A stretch of 64,000 bases of DNA from a virus, in IMG/VR virus record IMGVR_UViG_3300042398_001307, positions 24,250 to 88,249 of that record; one strand, written 5' to 3'. A model generated the notes under the pieces. It was not told the origin of the DNA, did no database searches, and was given only the letters and a program-made list of their open reading frames with translations. Positions 25,987 through 38,996 of the stretch are shown here, in pieces. Every line of letters starts with the position of its first letter. Position 1 is the first letter of the stretch. The translations under genes and the position numbers were made by a program.

Positions 25987-26859
25987 TTATGATAATTTAC
26001 TTTCGATAAATGATACAATAGCACCGGCTACATCTGTATTGCAGTATTTTTCGAACCCACTAAACCCTGGGTTGGAGTTTGCTTCACATACATGAAACCC
26101 CTTGCTATCAAACAACAAATCAATACCGGCGATATCTAATTTTAATACATTTGCGGCATTTAATGCTATTTCAGCAATCTCTGGTGTTACCGGATACGCT
26201 TCACCAGTCCCACCATTTGTTATATTTGCTCGAAAATCACCTGATGGTGCAGTTCTTTTCATTGCACCTAACACTTTACCGCCTACTATTAACACTCGCA
26301 GGTCTTCGCCTGGTCTATCACCTAAATATTGTTGTACTATTAATGTTTTTTCATTATGAAGTGCATCCGTAAATTCAATAATATTGTTGTATTCTTTTGC
26401 TGATTGACATAAGTATACACCAACCCCAAAACTACCAACTACGACCTTGATAATGCATGGAAATCCAATATTTTCAGCCACTAATTTATTTTTTGCTGGA
26501 TATTTTGCTATCATGGTGGTTGGTACTGCAATGCCAGCTCTACTTAGAATTTCAGATGATTGAAATTTATCCTGTACTATATCTATACTTTTACTAGAAT
26601 TGTAACATGGGACCCCGGCGAGTTCAAAATATCGTACAATTGCCAATTCATCACGTTTGATACCTGCACCTAATCTGACTAATACTACTTTTGGTAATTC
26701 AATTCGTTTACCATCATAATAAATCCCATTATTAATTACTACATCAAAGTTTTTAAAGTAACAAACTCTGATAGTTATATTTCTTTCTGCGAAAACACTT
26801 ATTAATTTTTTTGTTTCGAAATCATTTATTTTTTGTTTAGTTAAAATTATAACTGACAT
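25987..26859 (-). CDS. rimK: RimK-family ATP-grasp glutamate ligase
   Basis: DKF, GSFGVGV, DLRVLIVG, DFRANI, GIDLL, EANSNPGF. Confidence 0.88.
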   Translation of the reverse strand: MSVIILTKQKINDFETKKLISVFAERNITIRVCYFKNFDVVINNGIYYDGKRIELPKVVLVRLGAGIKRDELAIVRYFELAGVPCYNSSKSIDIVQDKFQSSEILSRAGIAVPTTMIAKYPAKNKLVAENIGFPCIIKVVVGSFGVGVYLCQSAKEYNNIIEFTDALHNEKTLIVQQYLGDRPGEDLRVLIVGGKVLGAMKRTAPSGDFRANITNGGTGEAYPVTPEIAEIALNAANVLKLDIAGIDLLFDSKGFHVCEANSNPGFSGFEKYCNTDVAGAIVSFIESKLS

Positions 26860-26886
26860 AAATTCCCTTTTATGGTATTTATCGAT

Positions 26887-28005
26887 TTATTGTTGCTGGA
26901 CGCTTATTTTTGGGCATCCACCAGCGGTGGTGCAGTTAAAGTTGATAGAATAAAATTGTTGAGTAGAGCCAGATTGAGTGAGACTTAAATCTACTGGATT
27001 TCCGGATAATCCGATATTAGCCATGTGATTACCAGACCCTTGTTGTGTAATATCAACATGTTTATCACCGTCTGATAGCGATGTTTCTACATAATGATTA
27101 CCAGAACCTGATTGATTTATCAATAGAGAGCTACTATTGCCAATGATATTAGCTGAAATTAAGTTGTTACCACCAGTACTGTTTTGTTTAAAATCAACAG
27201 AATTGTTATTTCCAATAATATTTAATGATGTGTAATTTGTAGTAGTATTTATAGATGATGATTGATCGATATTGATAGTATTTCCAGATCCATTTCCTGT
27301 ATAATTTGCATAATTATTCAGTGTGCCTGATTGATTTACGGTAATAGTATTCGCAGTACCAATTTGGTTAATATAAACTTGACTATCTGCCGTGGATCTG
27401 TTAATAAATTCCTGTAAATTCGCTAAATTAACTGGATTTGCTGAAAAACTACTGGAAGAACCGCCACAACACAATACCGGTGCAAAAAAACTTACAGATG
27501 TTGCAAAATTTGATACTGGAACTACTGTTATACCACTTCCAATATTCCAATCAAGCTGAATTACTGCCCCTCCTCCATTTTCGTACCACCAAACATCTAT
27601 ATTGTATACTTGACCTGCTGTTAATGTAATAGAACCAGAACTATTAAAATTAGCGGGTCCTTGTTCAACCCAATTATTGATTACTATAGTGTCATTGATT
27701 GTCATATAAAATCCATCATCACTTCTATCATAGAAAGTGACTGATTTTGATCCAGAACCAGCAGTGCCCGGCCATAAGATACTACCGGTAAAGTGTATTA
27801 TCACCCCATCAACATTCCCACTACTCATAATAACACCACCGCCCCAGTCATAATTTAATGTATCAGTTCTCCCAGAGGTCAACATTGTTCTATTTGTTGA
27901 TCTTGAAGGTGTAGCACCACCGGCTGAATATACGACATAATCTAAACCTGCAAAACCAGCTGAATATACATTAAATGACAGGAGAAAAAGCATGATATAT
28001 TTCAT
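26887..28005 (-). CDS. secreted PA14-domain plus curlin-like repeat protein
   Basis: Signal peptide, RSDDG and WWYENGGGA, Q-x-G-x-x-N repeats. Confidence 0.8.
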   Translation of the reverse strand: MKYIMLFLLSFNVYSAGFAGLDYVVYSAGGATPSRSTNRTMLTSGRTDTLNYDWGGGVIMSSGNVDGVIIHFTGSILWPGTAGSGSKSVTFYDRSDDGFYMTINDTIVINNWVEQGPANFNSSGSITLTAGQVYNIDVWWYENGGGAVIQLDWNIGSGITVVPVSNFATSVSFFAPVLCCGGSSSSFSANPVNLANLQEFINRSTADSQVYINQIGTANTITVNQSGTLNNYANYTGNGSGNTINIDQSSSINTTTNYTSLNIIGNNNSVDFKQNSTGGNNLISANIIGNSSSLLINQSGSGNHYVETSLSDGDKHVDITQQGSGNHMANIGLSGNPVDLSLTQSGSTQQFYSINFNCTTAGGCPKISVQQQ

Positions 28006-29087
28006 TTTTTAAACACTCCTGGGTTTTGTTTGATAGTAACTATGTTACCACCTGGGCTGCCATCGCCAAGAATTGTGGTAGCTGGCTCGAAATTTTGGAT
28101 AATGGTTACTGTTGTATTTGAGCTATAACCCAATGTTTTAACTTCTGCATAATCCTCTGTTCCTAAGACACGAAACGCTATACCTTTGCCTTTACTTTGA
28201 AGAATAGATGACTCTGGATGCTCCCAAATGACACAAATATTAGTAGTTGGATTACAGCCATTTGCATTTGCATTTTTAATCATGTCCAAAATTCTAGCTT
28301 CAGCTTCTTCTGTACTTTTGGTTGCTTGATTAACGATTCTTCGAGTCATTTCTTCTTCCATTGCTTGTTGCTCTTTATCTTTTGGTGATTTTCCAGCTTC
28401 TTTGATGGCTTTTTGTACTTCAATTGGTTTTACTAGAATTAAATTGTTATTAATTTTTGACTCGATTGTGCTAACAGCAGTGGGGAGTGTTGGACTGGTA
28501 GTAGAACTTTGTACATAGGTTGCTTCGAATGCTTTGTCTAAAGATACTGTGCCAGCCAATGTTGAAACTTCAATTTTTCCTACTTTACATGTATTTTCTT
28601 GTAACTCATACTGTTTAACATCTTTTTCATCTTTGCAGCTCGGTACCAACATAATTAAAGATTGACCAGCTTCATCAACAGTCATTGCAAAATCCGTTCC
28701 TCTAACTGCAATCGTGGCAGTTGGTGTTTGAATACCTACTTGCTGTGGATTATTTTTAGCAATTTGACCAGATGCATACCGAACAGTACCCATTCCAATC
28801 TTCAATGCCAATTTACCAGCGTCTGATTGTTTTGGATCAAATACAAAATCATCAATAAGTAATCTACTATTTTCATTCACTTTAACTTTTGTGTCATCTT
28901 TGAATGTTATATTTGCAACACAACCACCGGTGGTATAAGTATCCATACTTTCAACACTCACACCTTTATCACCCGGAAGTTTTTGTTTATTTCGTTCTAT
29001 TTGGCAATTAGTTCCCTTTGTATCCGCGACTGCCCCAATATCAGCAAATACGTTACCGGACATTAGAAGTAGAGCTGCCCACCACAT
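28002..29087 (-). CDS. FecR-domain protein
   Basis: FKDDTKVKVNENS, TPTATIAVRGTDF. Confidence 0.85.
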   Translation of the reverse strand: MWWAALLLMSGNVFADIGAVADTKGTNCQIERNKQKLPGDKGVSVESMDTYTTGGCVANITFKDDTKVKVNENSRLLIDDFVFDPKQSDAGKLALKIGMGTVRYASGQIAKNNPQQVGIQTPTATIAVRGTDFAMTVDEAGQSLIMLVPSCKDEKDVKQYELQENTCKVGKIEVSTLAGTVSLDKAFEATYVQSSTTSPTLPTAVSTIESKINNNLILVKPIEVQKAIKEAGKSPKDKEQQAMEEEMTRRIVNQATKSTEEAEARILDMIKNANANGCNPTTNICVIWEHPESSILQSKGKGIAFRVLGTEDYAEVKTLGYSSNTTVTIIQNFEPATTILGDGSPGGNIVTIKQNPGVFKK

Positions 29088-29088
29088 G

Positions 29089-29886
29089 TTATCTAGCTAT
29101 TGCAGATTGTGGGCTTACTAATGAACTTGAACTTGTTCTAACCGTGATTGTATTAAACCCCCCTTGTGTATCAATATTGATACTAGTATTGTTTGCACCT
29201 TGTTGTTGTGTAGTAATTGCATTACTATTGCCGGTAATAGTTTCGATTAATGAATGTATACCAACATCAGTTTGTTCAGCATTGATAATATTACTACCTC
29301 CTGAAATATTGAAATTAGTTGTATCATGTGATCCAGCTGATGATCCTGTACCAGAATTTCCTGTTAAATTCTGTGTAATTTGGTTACTATTACCAGATAT
29401 AGTCAGGGTGCTTGTGATATATTTACCGATTATATTTTGAATAGATAAATTATTATCACCTGTTATTGATTCGTTAATTATATTGTATTGATTACTAGTA
29501 TTATTTTGGTCACCGATAACTAACTGAGTTTGATTAGATGACCCAATTATGGTACTGGTATACGTGTTATCATTACCACGTATGTTATACTGTGCCCAAT
29601 CATTACTTCCATGTTGAGAAATGTTAAAAATATTATTACTACCATTAATTACCGCATAATTTGAAGAACTTGCTATATCTGGTGTGATTGTAGTAATACC
29701 ACCACTATCAACTGAAGTTATACCTGCAGGACCACTAATATTGTTAGTTCCACCAACTTGTTCAATAGTAATAGTATTAGATGTACCTAATTGTTGTATA
29801 TATACATTATTTGGACCAGTTGAAAGGTCTGTTGCTAACGATATGTGTGAAAATAATAATGATGAAATTATTAATGCTCTTTTCAT
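29089..29886 (-). CDS. curlin-like repeat protein
   Basis: Signal peptide, repeated I-x-Q-x-G-x-x-N units. Confidence 0.75.
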   Translation of the reverse strand: MKRALIISSLLFSHISLATDLSTGPNNVYIQQLGTSNTITIEQVGGTNNISGPAGITSVDSGGITTITPDIASSSNYAVINGSNNIFNISQHGSNDWAQYNIRGNDNTYTSTIIGSSNQTQLVIGDQNNTSNQYNIINESITGDNNLSIQNIIGKYITSTLTISGNSNQITQNLTGNSGTGSSAGSHDTTNFNISGGSNIINAEQTDVGIHSLIETITGNSNAITTQQQGANNTSINIDTQGGFNTITVRTSSSSLVSPQSAIAR

Positions 29887-29922
29887 AGTTATAAATGATT
29901 AAATTTCTCTAATCATGCTCCT

Positions 29923-30729
29923 TTATTCTTTATAAGACCATAAACCCTTACGGACTCCTTCTTTTATTGTTTCAATTACTGCTGCTTGGATAGCTTTATT
30001 GGTTGCTCTGTTAATGCTTTCATTAATACTACCACCGATTTCGGCTTCAACGGCCATTGTGCCAGCATCTAAAAATTTTAATAGCCCAACTCTATCTAAA
30101 TAGCTTAATACAGTTTTGGTAATAGTTACACTAGTAAGCACTTCACCAGAACTTACTGATACTGTACGCAAACTAATTGTTACGGTATCACTTTGGTATT
30201 GTGTATCTGCTCCTATACCAAAGAATCTTACCCCAGCCCCGCCTGTGACTGTGTTGGAATCATAACCAACAATCGACCCTTCTACTATAATACCTGCAAA
30301 TGTCATCGCTGGTAAAGGCTGTGCATCTTTACCTTGAAATTGCTCTCTCATTTGACGAATCATTTGTCTTTCTTTAACAAGATTCTCCAATCCAACTCTT
30401 TCTACCACCTTAAACCATTGTGCATCACCTGCATCTTGTAATGCTTTTATTAAATAACCCTCGCCGCCTTGTGTAACAGCTGAACTCAAACTAGCGATAC
30501 CGGTGACTGATTTACGTTGTCCAGTTTTATCTTGGAATCCGTATACTGCCACATGAACTGGTCCATTCGCCGGTGGTTTTAATTTGTTTTCTGGTTTTAT
30601 CAAAAACGTACTAATACTTTCATTGACTGGATCATCAAATTGTTCACCAGTGATTAGTTTATTCAATGCACTACTAGTGGCACACCCTTGTAAAATTAAA
30701 AATAATGGTATTAAAAGTAACTTTTTCAT
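29923..30729 (-). CDS. csgG: curli secretion channel lipoprotein CsgG
   Basis: LQGC lipobox, VYGFQDKTGQRK, VVERVGLENLVKERQMIR. Confidence 0.92.
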   Translation of the reverse strand: MKKLLLIPLFLILQGCATSSALNKLITGEQFDDPVNESISTFLIKPENKLKPPANGPVHVAVYGFQDKTGQRKSVTGIASLSSAVTQGGEGYLIKALQDAGDAQWFKVVERVGLENLVKERQMIRQMREQFQGKDAQPLPAMTFAGIIVEGSIVGYDSNTVTGGAGVRFFGIGADTQYQSDTVTISLRTVSVSSGEVLTSVTITKTVLSYLDRVGLLKFLDAGTMAVEAEIGGSINESINRATNKAIQAAVIETIKEGVRKGLWSYKE

Positions 30730-31208
30730 TAGAAATAAAACGTCCCTGCTGGTACTTGCATAGTGGTGGACTGGCCTGAAGCAGTATTTTGAATATTAAT
30801 TTGAATCATACTTGCATTATTTGGGCCACTGATCATTTGCCAACTTATTGAATTACCACCTAAATCTGGGATAGATCCACATATCCCACTACCCACTGTA
30901 CAATTAGCACCATCACTGAACATGCTGTTTGTTAGTTGTTGTGCCAATTGGGAATATATTCTGGATTGTAAATTAGCTAAAAACTGCGCTTGTGGCGTAT
31001 TTGCAGCAGCTGATATCGCTTGTTGTTTAATTGCTTCAGCAGCTGCCTGATTTTGTGTGGTAGCTTGTGTCTCTAATTGCTGTAATGTTAAGACATGTGA
31101 ACTATACCCAGTGCCACTAAATGCTGGACTATTGAATTGAAATTGAATTTCTGCAGCAAATATATTACTTGCTATGAACAATAATAAAATACCTACTATA
31201 TTAGTCAT
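30729..31208 (-). CDS. csgF: curli assembly protein CsgF
   Basis: FQFNSPAFSG, FLANLQSRIYSQLAQQL. Confidence 0.85.
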   Translation of the reverse strand: MTNIVGILLLFIASNIFAAEIQFQFNSPAFSGTGYSSHVLTLQQLETQATTQNQAAAEAIKQQAISAAANTPQAQFLANLQSRIYSQLAQQLTNSMFSDGANCTVGSGICGSIPDLGGNSISWQMISGPNNASMIQINIQNTASGQSTTMQVPAGTFYF

Positions 31209-31279
31209 AATTTAATCCTATATGATATATTTACAGGTATAAAACTTAATATAATACTAGCAGTTAATTTAATCTAAAA

Positions 31280-31954
31280 TTAATGTTCTTTAAACAAGCA
31301 GTCAGTAATGTAGGATAGTGCTTGATATTCCGTTAATCCTAATGACATTAGGACACGCGGGTTATGCGGATTTTGTTTTTGTTGTTGACAGTAAAACACA
31401 TGACTTTCGTTTGATTCATCTTGGGTGTAATTGAAAGAATCCAACGATGAGAGATAATATTTCAATGTGTATTCAATAACGGTATAAATTTGATCAATTT
31501 CCGAGTCTTCTTGGATATTACCGGCTGCGATGATTGCATCTGAGAAAATTGGTTTAGCCCATGCTGGTAAATCTCGTTTTTTATTCCAATCTAACGTAGC
31601 AGAATAATGTTCAAACCAATTCAGCATTGGGTGTAGTCTATCCACAGGGCTGAAATCATGAAAACATCCGGTAATTTTATTTTTACCAGCAAAGATATCG
31701 AATCCAAATATTGGAGAATTATTGTGGTTGTGTGGAAATATGCAGCAATGCATCATCCAGATCCCTTTGGTGTCTCTAGCATCGATAACGTTGATGCCTG
31801 CTTTTTTATATAATGGTGACACCCAGGTTGTATTAGACCAACCTGGATATGAAAAAGGTAATGAAACTGGGTCAATGACTTGTTCACCAGTTTCATTAAG
31901 ATGTGATTCAAAAAGGTTTTGAACTTTGTTAAGAGTGTTAGCTAATTTGCTCAT
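31280..31954 (-). CDS. ferredoxin-dependent bilin reductase (PcyA/PcyX-like)
   Basis: MMHCCIFP, PIFGFD, FHDFSP, LPAWAKPIFS, YCQQQKQNPH. Confidence 0.85.
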   Translation of the reverse strand: MSKLANTLNKVQNLFESHLNETGEQVIDPVSLPFSYPGWSNTTWVSPLYKKAGINVIDARDTKGIWMMHCCIFPHNHNNSPIFGFDIFAGKNKITGCFHDFSPVDRLHPMLNWFEHYSATLDWNKKRDLPAWAKPIFSDAIIAAGNIQEDSEIDQIYTVIEYTLKYYLSSLDSFNYTQDESNESHVFYCQQQKQNPHNPRVLMSLGLTEYQALSYITDCLFKEH

Positions 31955-32483
31955 TAAGGTCATTCATGATTGCAATGGCCCATTTAAACGCCACTCTTGC
32001 TTCGTCACCTAAATCATCAGTTGCGATACTACGAATTGATGTTTTTAGTATCTCGATATCTTTAAATTTATACATTCTACCGGTACCAGGTACCATTTTT
32101 GCTATGAATTGTCCACCAAACAAATCACCCATATGGCGAACATAAAAATGTGCCTTAATTAAGTGTCTACGTTCTTTATCGCCAACTAAATCGATTAAAT
32201 AACGGTTGTAGTCAATTGCTGATTGTACCCATTTATTAGTGTAATCTTTTCCAGCCAATTCAACGAAATCTTGGTAAATGAGATTAGTTCGTTCTATTCC
32301 TGGTAATGTATCTAGGACTCCCAATAGTCTAGCACCTAGTTCAATTGGATTATACACCAACATCATTTGATATAAATAATTGGCATATTGATCGTTTGTG
32401 ATCTTCCCAGACAACAAAAGTTTTGAGAATTCGGTTTTCTCAACTTCTGTATGAAGATCTTTTGTAATTTCACGTAATGACAT
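31938..32483 (-). CDS. hemO: heme oxygenase
   Basis: LREITKDLHTEVE, HFYVRHMGDLFGGQ, EARVAF. Confidence 0.92.
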   Translation of the reverse strand: MSLREITKDLHTEVEKTEFSKLLLSGKITNDQYANYLYQMMLVYNPIELGARLLGVLDTLPGIERTNLIYQDFVELAGKDYTNKWVQSAIDYNRYLIDLVGDKERRHLIKAHFYVRHMGDLFGGQFIAKMVPGTGRMYKFKDIEILKTSIRSIATDDLGDEARVAFKWAIAIMNDLNEQIS

Positions 32484-32611
32484 ATTTTTCCTTATAATAA
32501 TCATATATTATATCACTGTGCTGGAATAGTGTCAAGAAAAAATATAAATAAAGATGTAGTTCACGGAATTGGCGTTCCTAACTACTTTAATACTGTAAAG
32601 GAGTATCAACA

Positions 32612-33403
32612 ATGATATTTATAGAAAATAAGTATACCATATGGTATAATAAAATTATTAATTCCTCAAAAACTCGTAAATTATCAAATAATGTATATAC
32701 AGAAAGACATCACATTATACCAAGAAGTGTTGGAGGGTCTAATGATGACAGTAATATAGCAATTCTTACTGCCCGTGAGCATTTTTTATGCCATTTATTA
32801 TTAGTTAAAATGACTTCTAATAAAGAACGGGTTAAGATGATATATGCTTCTTGGAGAATGGTTTGCACATCTAACAGATATCAAGTAAGACATAAAACAA
32901 CATCACGGATTTATCAAAAAATTAGAGAAGATTATATCAATGTTGTTAAAAATAGAAAAATGACTGATGAAACAAAACAAAAATTAAGAGAAGCTAACCT
33001 AGGTAAAAAGCATAGTGATGAAAGTAAAGCAAAAATGTCCAAATCTAGAGCTGGTATACTATTAAATGAAATACACGGGATAGAAGAAGCAAATAAGATT
33101 AGGGAAAAACGTTCTGCTTCATTAAAAGGTAAAAATGCTGGAAAAACTCCTAGATTAGGTGCAAAATTAACAGAAGAATCCAAGCAGAAAATATCCGATA
33201 AAGCAAAACTCCGTAAAAAAGAATGCGAATATTGTAAAAATCAGTATTCTCTTTTAACTTACAATCGTTATCATGGTAAAAATTGTAAATTATCTGGGAA
33301 TACTGATATTAGATTAATGAAAACTTGTGTATATTGTGATAAAACTATGGACCCAGCAAATTATGCAAGATATCATGGTGATAAGTGTAAATTAAAACAT
33401 TAA
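32612..33403 (+). CDS. HNH homing endonuclease with NUMOD3 repeats
   Basis: ERHHIIPRSVGGSND..LTAREHFLCHLLL; GKKHSDESKAKMS. Confidence 0.9.
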   Translation: MIFIENKYTIWYNKIINSSKTRKLSNNVYTERHHIIPRSVGGSNDDSNIAILTAREHFLCHLLLVKMTSNKERVKMIYASWRMVCTSNRYQVRHKTTSRIYQKIREDYINVVKNRKMTDETKQKLREANLGKKHSDESKAKMSKSRAGILLNEIHGIEEANKIREKRSASLKGKNAGKTPRLGAKLTEESKQKISDKAKLRKKECEYCKNQYSLLTYNRYHGKNCKLSGNTDIRLMKTCVYCDKTMDPANYARYHGDKCKLKH

Positions 33404-33702
33404 TCTTCACATTCAATTTTTATCTGGAGTGGAAAGCCATTATCTCTGGCCATACGTGTTGCTTCAACCGCCTTGATTTCAGCAATTTCAAAGTCATATA
33501 ACCCAGCAATACCAGAACCGGTTTCATGCACTTGCATAGTAACTGTGGATGCTGAATCGAAATTGTGTTTGAAAATATCAACAAGCATTTCAATTACGAA
33601 ATCGACTGGTGTGAAATCATCGTTAAGGATAATGACCTTCCATCTTTTAGGTTCTGAAACACGAACTTTAATTTTTTCTTCAATTTTAACGTCTACTGCC
33701 AT
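33400..33702 (-). CDS. clpS: Clp protease adaptor ClpS
   Basis: VIILNDDFTPVDFV, VHETGSG, GFPL. Confidence 0.92.
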   Translation of the reverse strand: MAVDVKIEEKIKVRVSEPKRWKVIILNDDFTPVDFVIEMLVDIFKHNFDSASTVTMQVHETGSGIAGLYDFEIAEIKAVEATRMARDNGFPLQIKIECED

Positions 33703-33750
33703 GATATATTTCCAAATAAGATGGGGGAGTTTTCTCCCCCGGGGTTTATA

Positions 33751-34182
33751 TTATTTAATTTCAATTTTTCGAGGTTTTACAGCTTCTGGAACCAATAATT
33801 CTAGTTCAATACTTAGAATACCATCTTTAACTGTTGCACCACGGACTTCTAAATACTCTGCCAAAAAGATTGATTTCTCAAAACTTCTTAATGCTAATCC
33901 ACGATATTGATAATCGCGATCAGTGGTTTCAGTTTTATATCCCTTAACAATAATTTCGTTTTGATTCACTTCAACTGAAACTTCATCCTTACTAAACCCT
34001 GCAATGGCCATTTCAATTTCATAAGCGTTGTCATCAACTTTTACCACATTATATGGTGGATAATTATTAGTTGATGATTGTAAATATCGGTTTTCGTATT
34101 GACTATACAATCTGTCAAACCCGATTAATGCTCTACTTAAATTAGCTAATGCTGTTGTGTCTAATGTTCTTAATGTTGTCAT
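33751..34182 (-). CDS. small heat-shock protein (IbpA-like)
   Basis: NYPPYNV, EMAIAGF, YRGLALRSF, DGILSI. Confidence 0.92.
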   Translation of the reverse strand: MTTLRTLDTTALANLSRALIGFDRLYSQYENRYLQSSTNNYPPYNVVKVDDNAYEIEMAIAGFSKDEVSVEVNQNEIIVKGYKTETTDRDYQYRGLALRSFEKSIFLAEYLEVRGATVKDGILSIELELLVPEAVKPRKIEIK

Positions 34183-34270
34183 CTTTGATTTCTCCTTATA
34201 TAAGCAAGAGTTGAGGTAGCCTCGCCTGAGCACTACCTCTCCATGTATTTTACTACATTTTGTTTACTTG

Positions 34271-37794
<3,524 letters not shown>

Positions 37795-37854
37795 AATATG
37801 TTCTCCTATAATGTTAAGCAAGAAATACAGTATACCCAACTGGCGTATACTTGT

Positions 37855-38613
37855 TTATTTATCATTTATTTTATTACTTTCGATAAATTCTGTCAATACT
37901 TTTTTCCAAGTATCTCTATTATAATTTGTTTTTCCATGACATTGTTTGCATAATGGTATAAGATTATCAAATACATTATTTTTCTTGTTATAATCAATGT
38001 GATGTATATCTAGTTTTTTTGTTTCAATTTTGCAGATCTGACATGTGAACTTATAACTTTCTTTTATCAGCTGTTTTAATTCTGTGCTAAATTCTAGCCC
38101 ATATTCTCCATTTGAAACACCACCTAACCACAGTGGATGATTTTCTTTTTTAGGTGTATTTTTTAATTGTTTTTCACGTTGTCCATCATTGTATGATAAT
38201 TTTCCCGTTTTTGTCTCTTTCCAGCGCTGTTTTGTTTCTATAGAATGTTTACATCCATGAAACGGGTTATTTTCACCTAATCTTTTTTCCGGGTGTTCTT
38301 TGATATACTTTTTTAAACTAATGCTAATCTTTTCTGCAGTTTCTGGACATTTACTTGGGTTATTATTTGATACCATTGTACTGCGCTGAACCTTTAACTG
38401 ATTCGCTTTTGTAACACCGTGAACATCTTCCCATGTGCGTGTTTTTTGCCAATCTTTCTGGCAATATACAGAACATGTTTTTTTCTTACGATGTGCTACT
38501 ATCGGTAATCCAAAATCAGGATGATCTGCATCATTTATTATTTTTATTTCTATAATATTATTGCAAGATGGATTGGAACATTCTTTATATGTTTTAATAC
38601 TGTATGATGTCAT
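37855..38613 (-). CDS. HNH endonuclease with NUMOD3
   Basis: CQIC..HHIDYNKKNN..NLIPLCKQCH. Confidence 0.85.
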   Translation of the reverse strand: MTSYSIKTYKECSNPSCNNIIEIKIINDADHPDFGLPIVAHRKKKTCSVYCQKDWQKTRTWEDVHGVTKANQLKVQRSTMVSNNNPSKCPETAEKISISLKKYIKEHPEKRLGENNPFHGCKHSIETKQRWKETKTGKLSYNDGQREKQLKNTPKKENHPLWLGGVSNGEYGLEFSTELKQLIKESYKFTCQICKIETKKLDIHHIDYNKKNNVFDNLIPLCKQCHGKTNYNRDTWKKVLTEFIESNKINDK

Positions 38614-38661
38614 AATTAACTCCATTTATAGTATTTATCAATCCTAGATCAATACCCAGTA

Positions 38662-38940
38662 TTATTTATCATTTTCAAAAGAAATACTTGACCAATTTAG
38701 AAGTTTTATCTTCTTTTTGATAGCAGCATTTTCTACTTTATCTACATCAACTATTTTATTTTCAATCAATAGATGAATCATTGCTTGGAGATCACCAATT
38801 TCTTCTTCAAGGTGTTCTCTGTTTGTTTCTCCTTTCCATTCGGTATCTAACCCAAAACGAAAAATTTTTGATATTGCTTGAATTACTTCAGCACATTCTT
38901 CTTGAGTAATACTAAGTATTTCTCTATGTTGCTTATCCAT
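38662..38940 (-). CDS. MazG-like NTP pyrophosphohydrolase
   Basis: QEECAEVIQA..LEEEIGDL. Confidence 0.8.
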   Translation of the reverse strand: MDKQHREILSITQEECAEVIQAISKIFRFGLDTEWKGETNREHLEEEIGDLQAMIHLLIENKIVDVDKVENAAIKKKIKLLNWSSISFENDK

Positions 38941-38996
38941 AAGCACTCCCATGATTAAAAATTAATTATAACATGGGAGATAACTGATGTCAAGTA

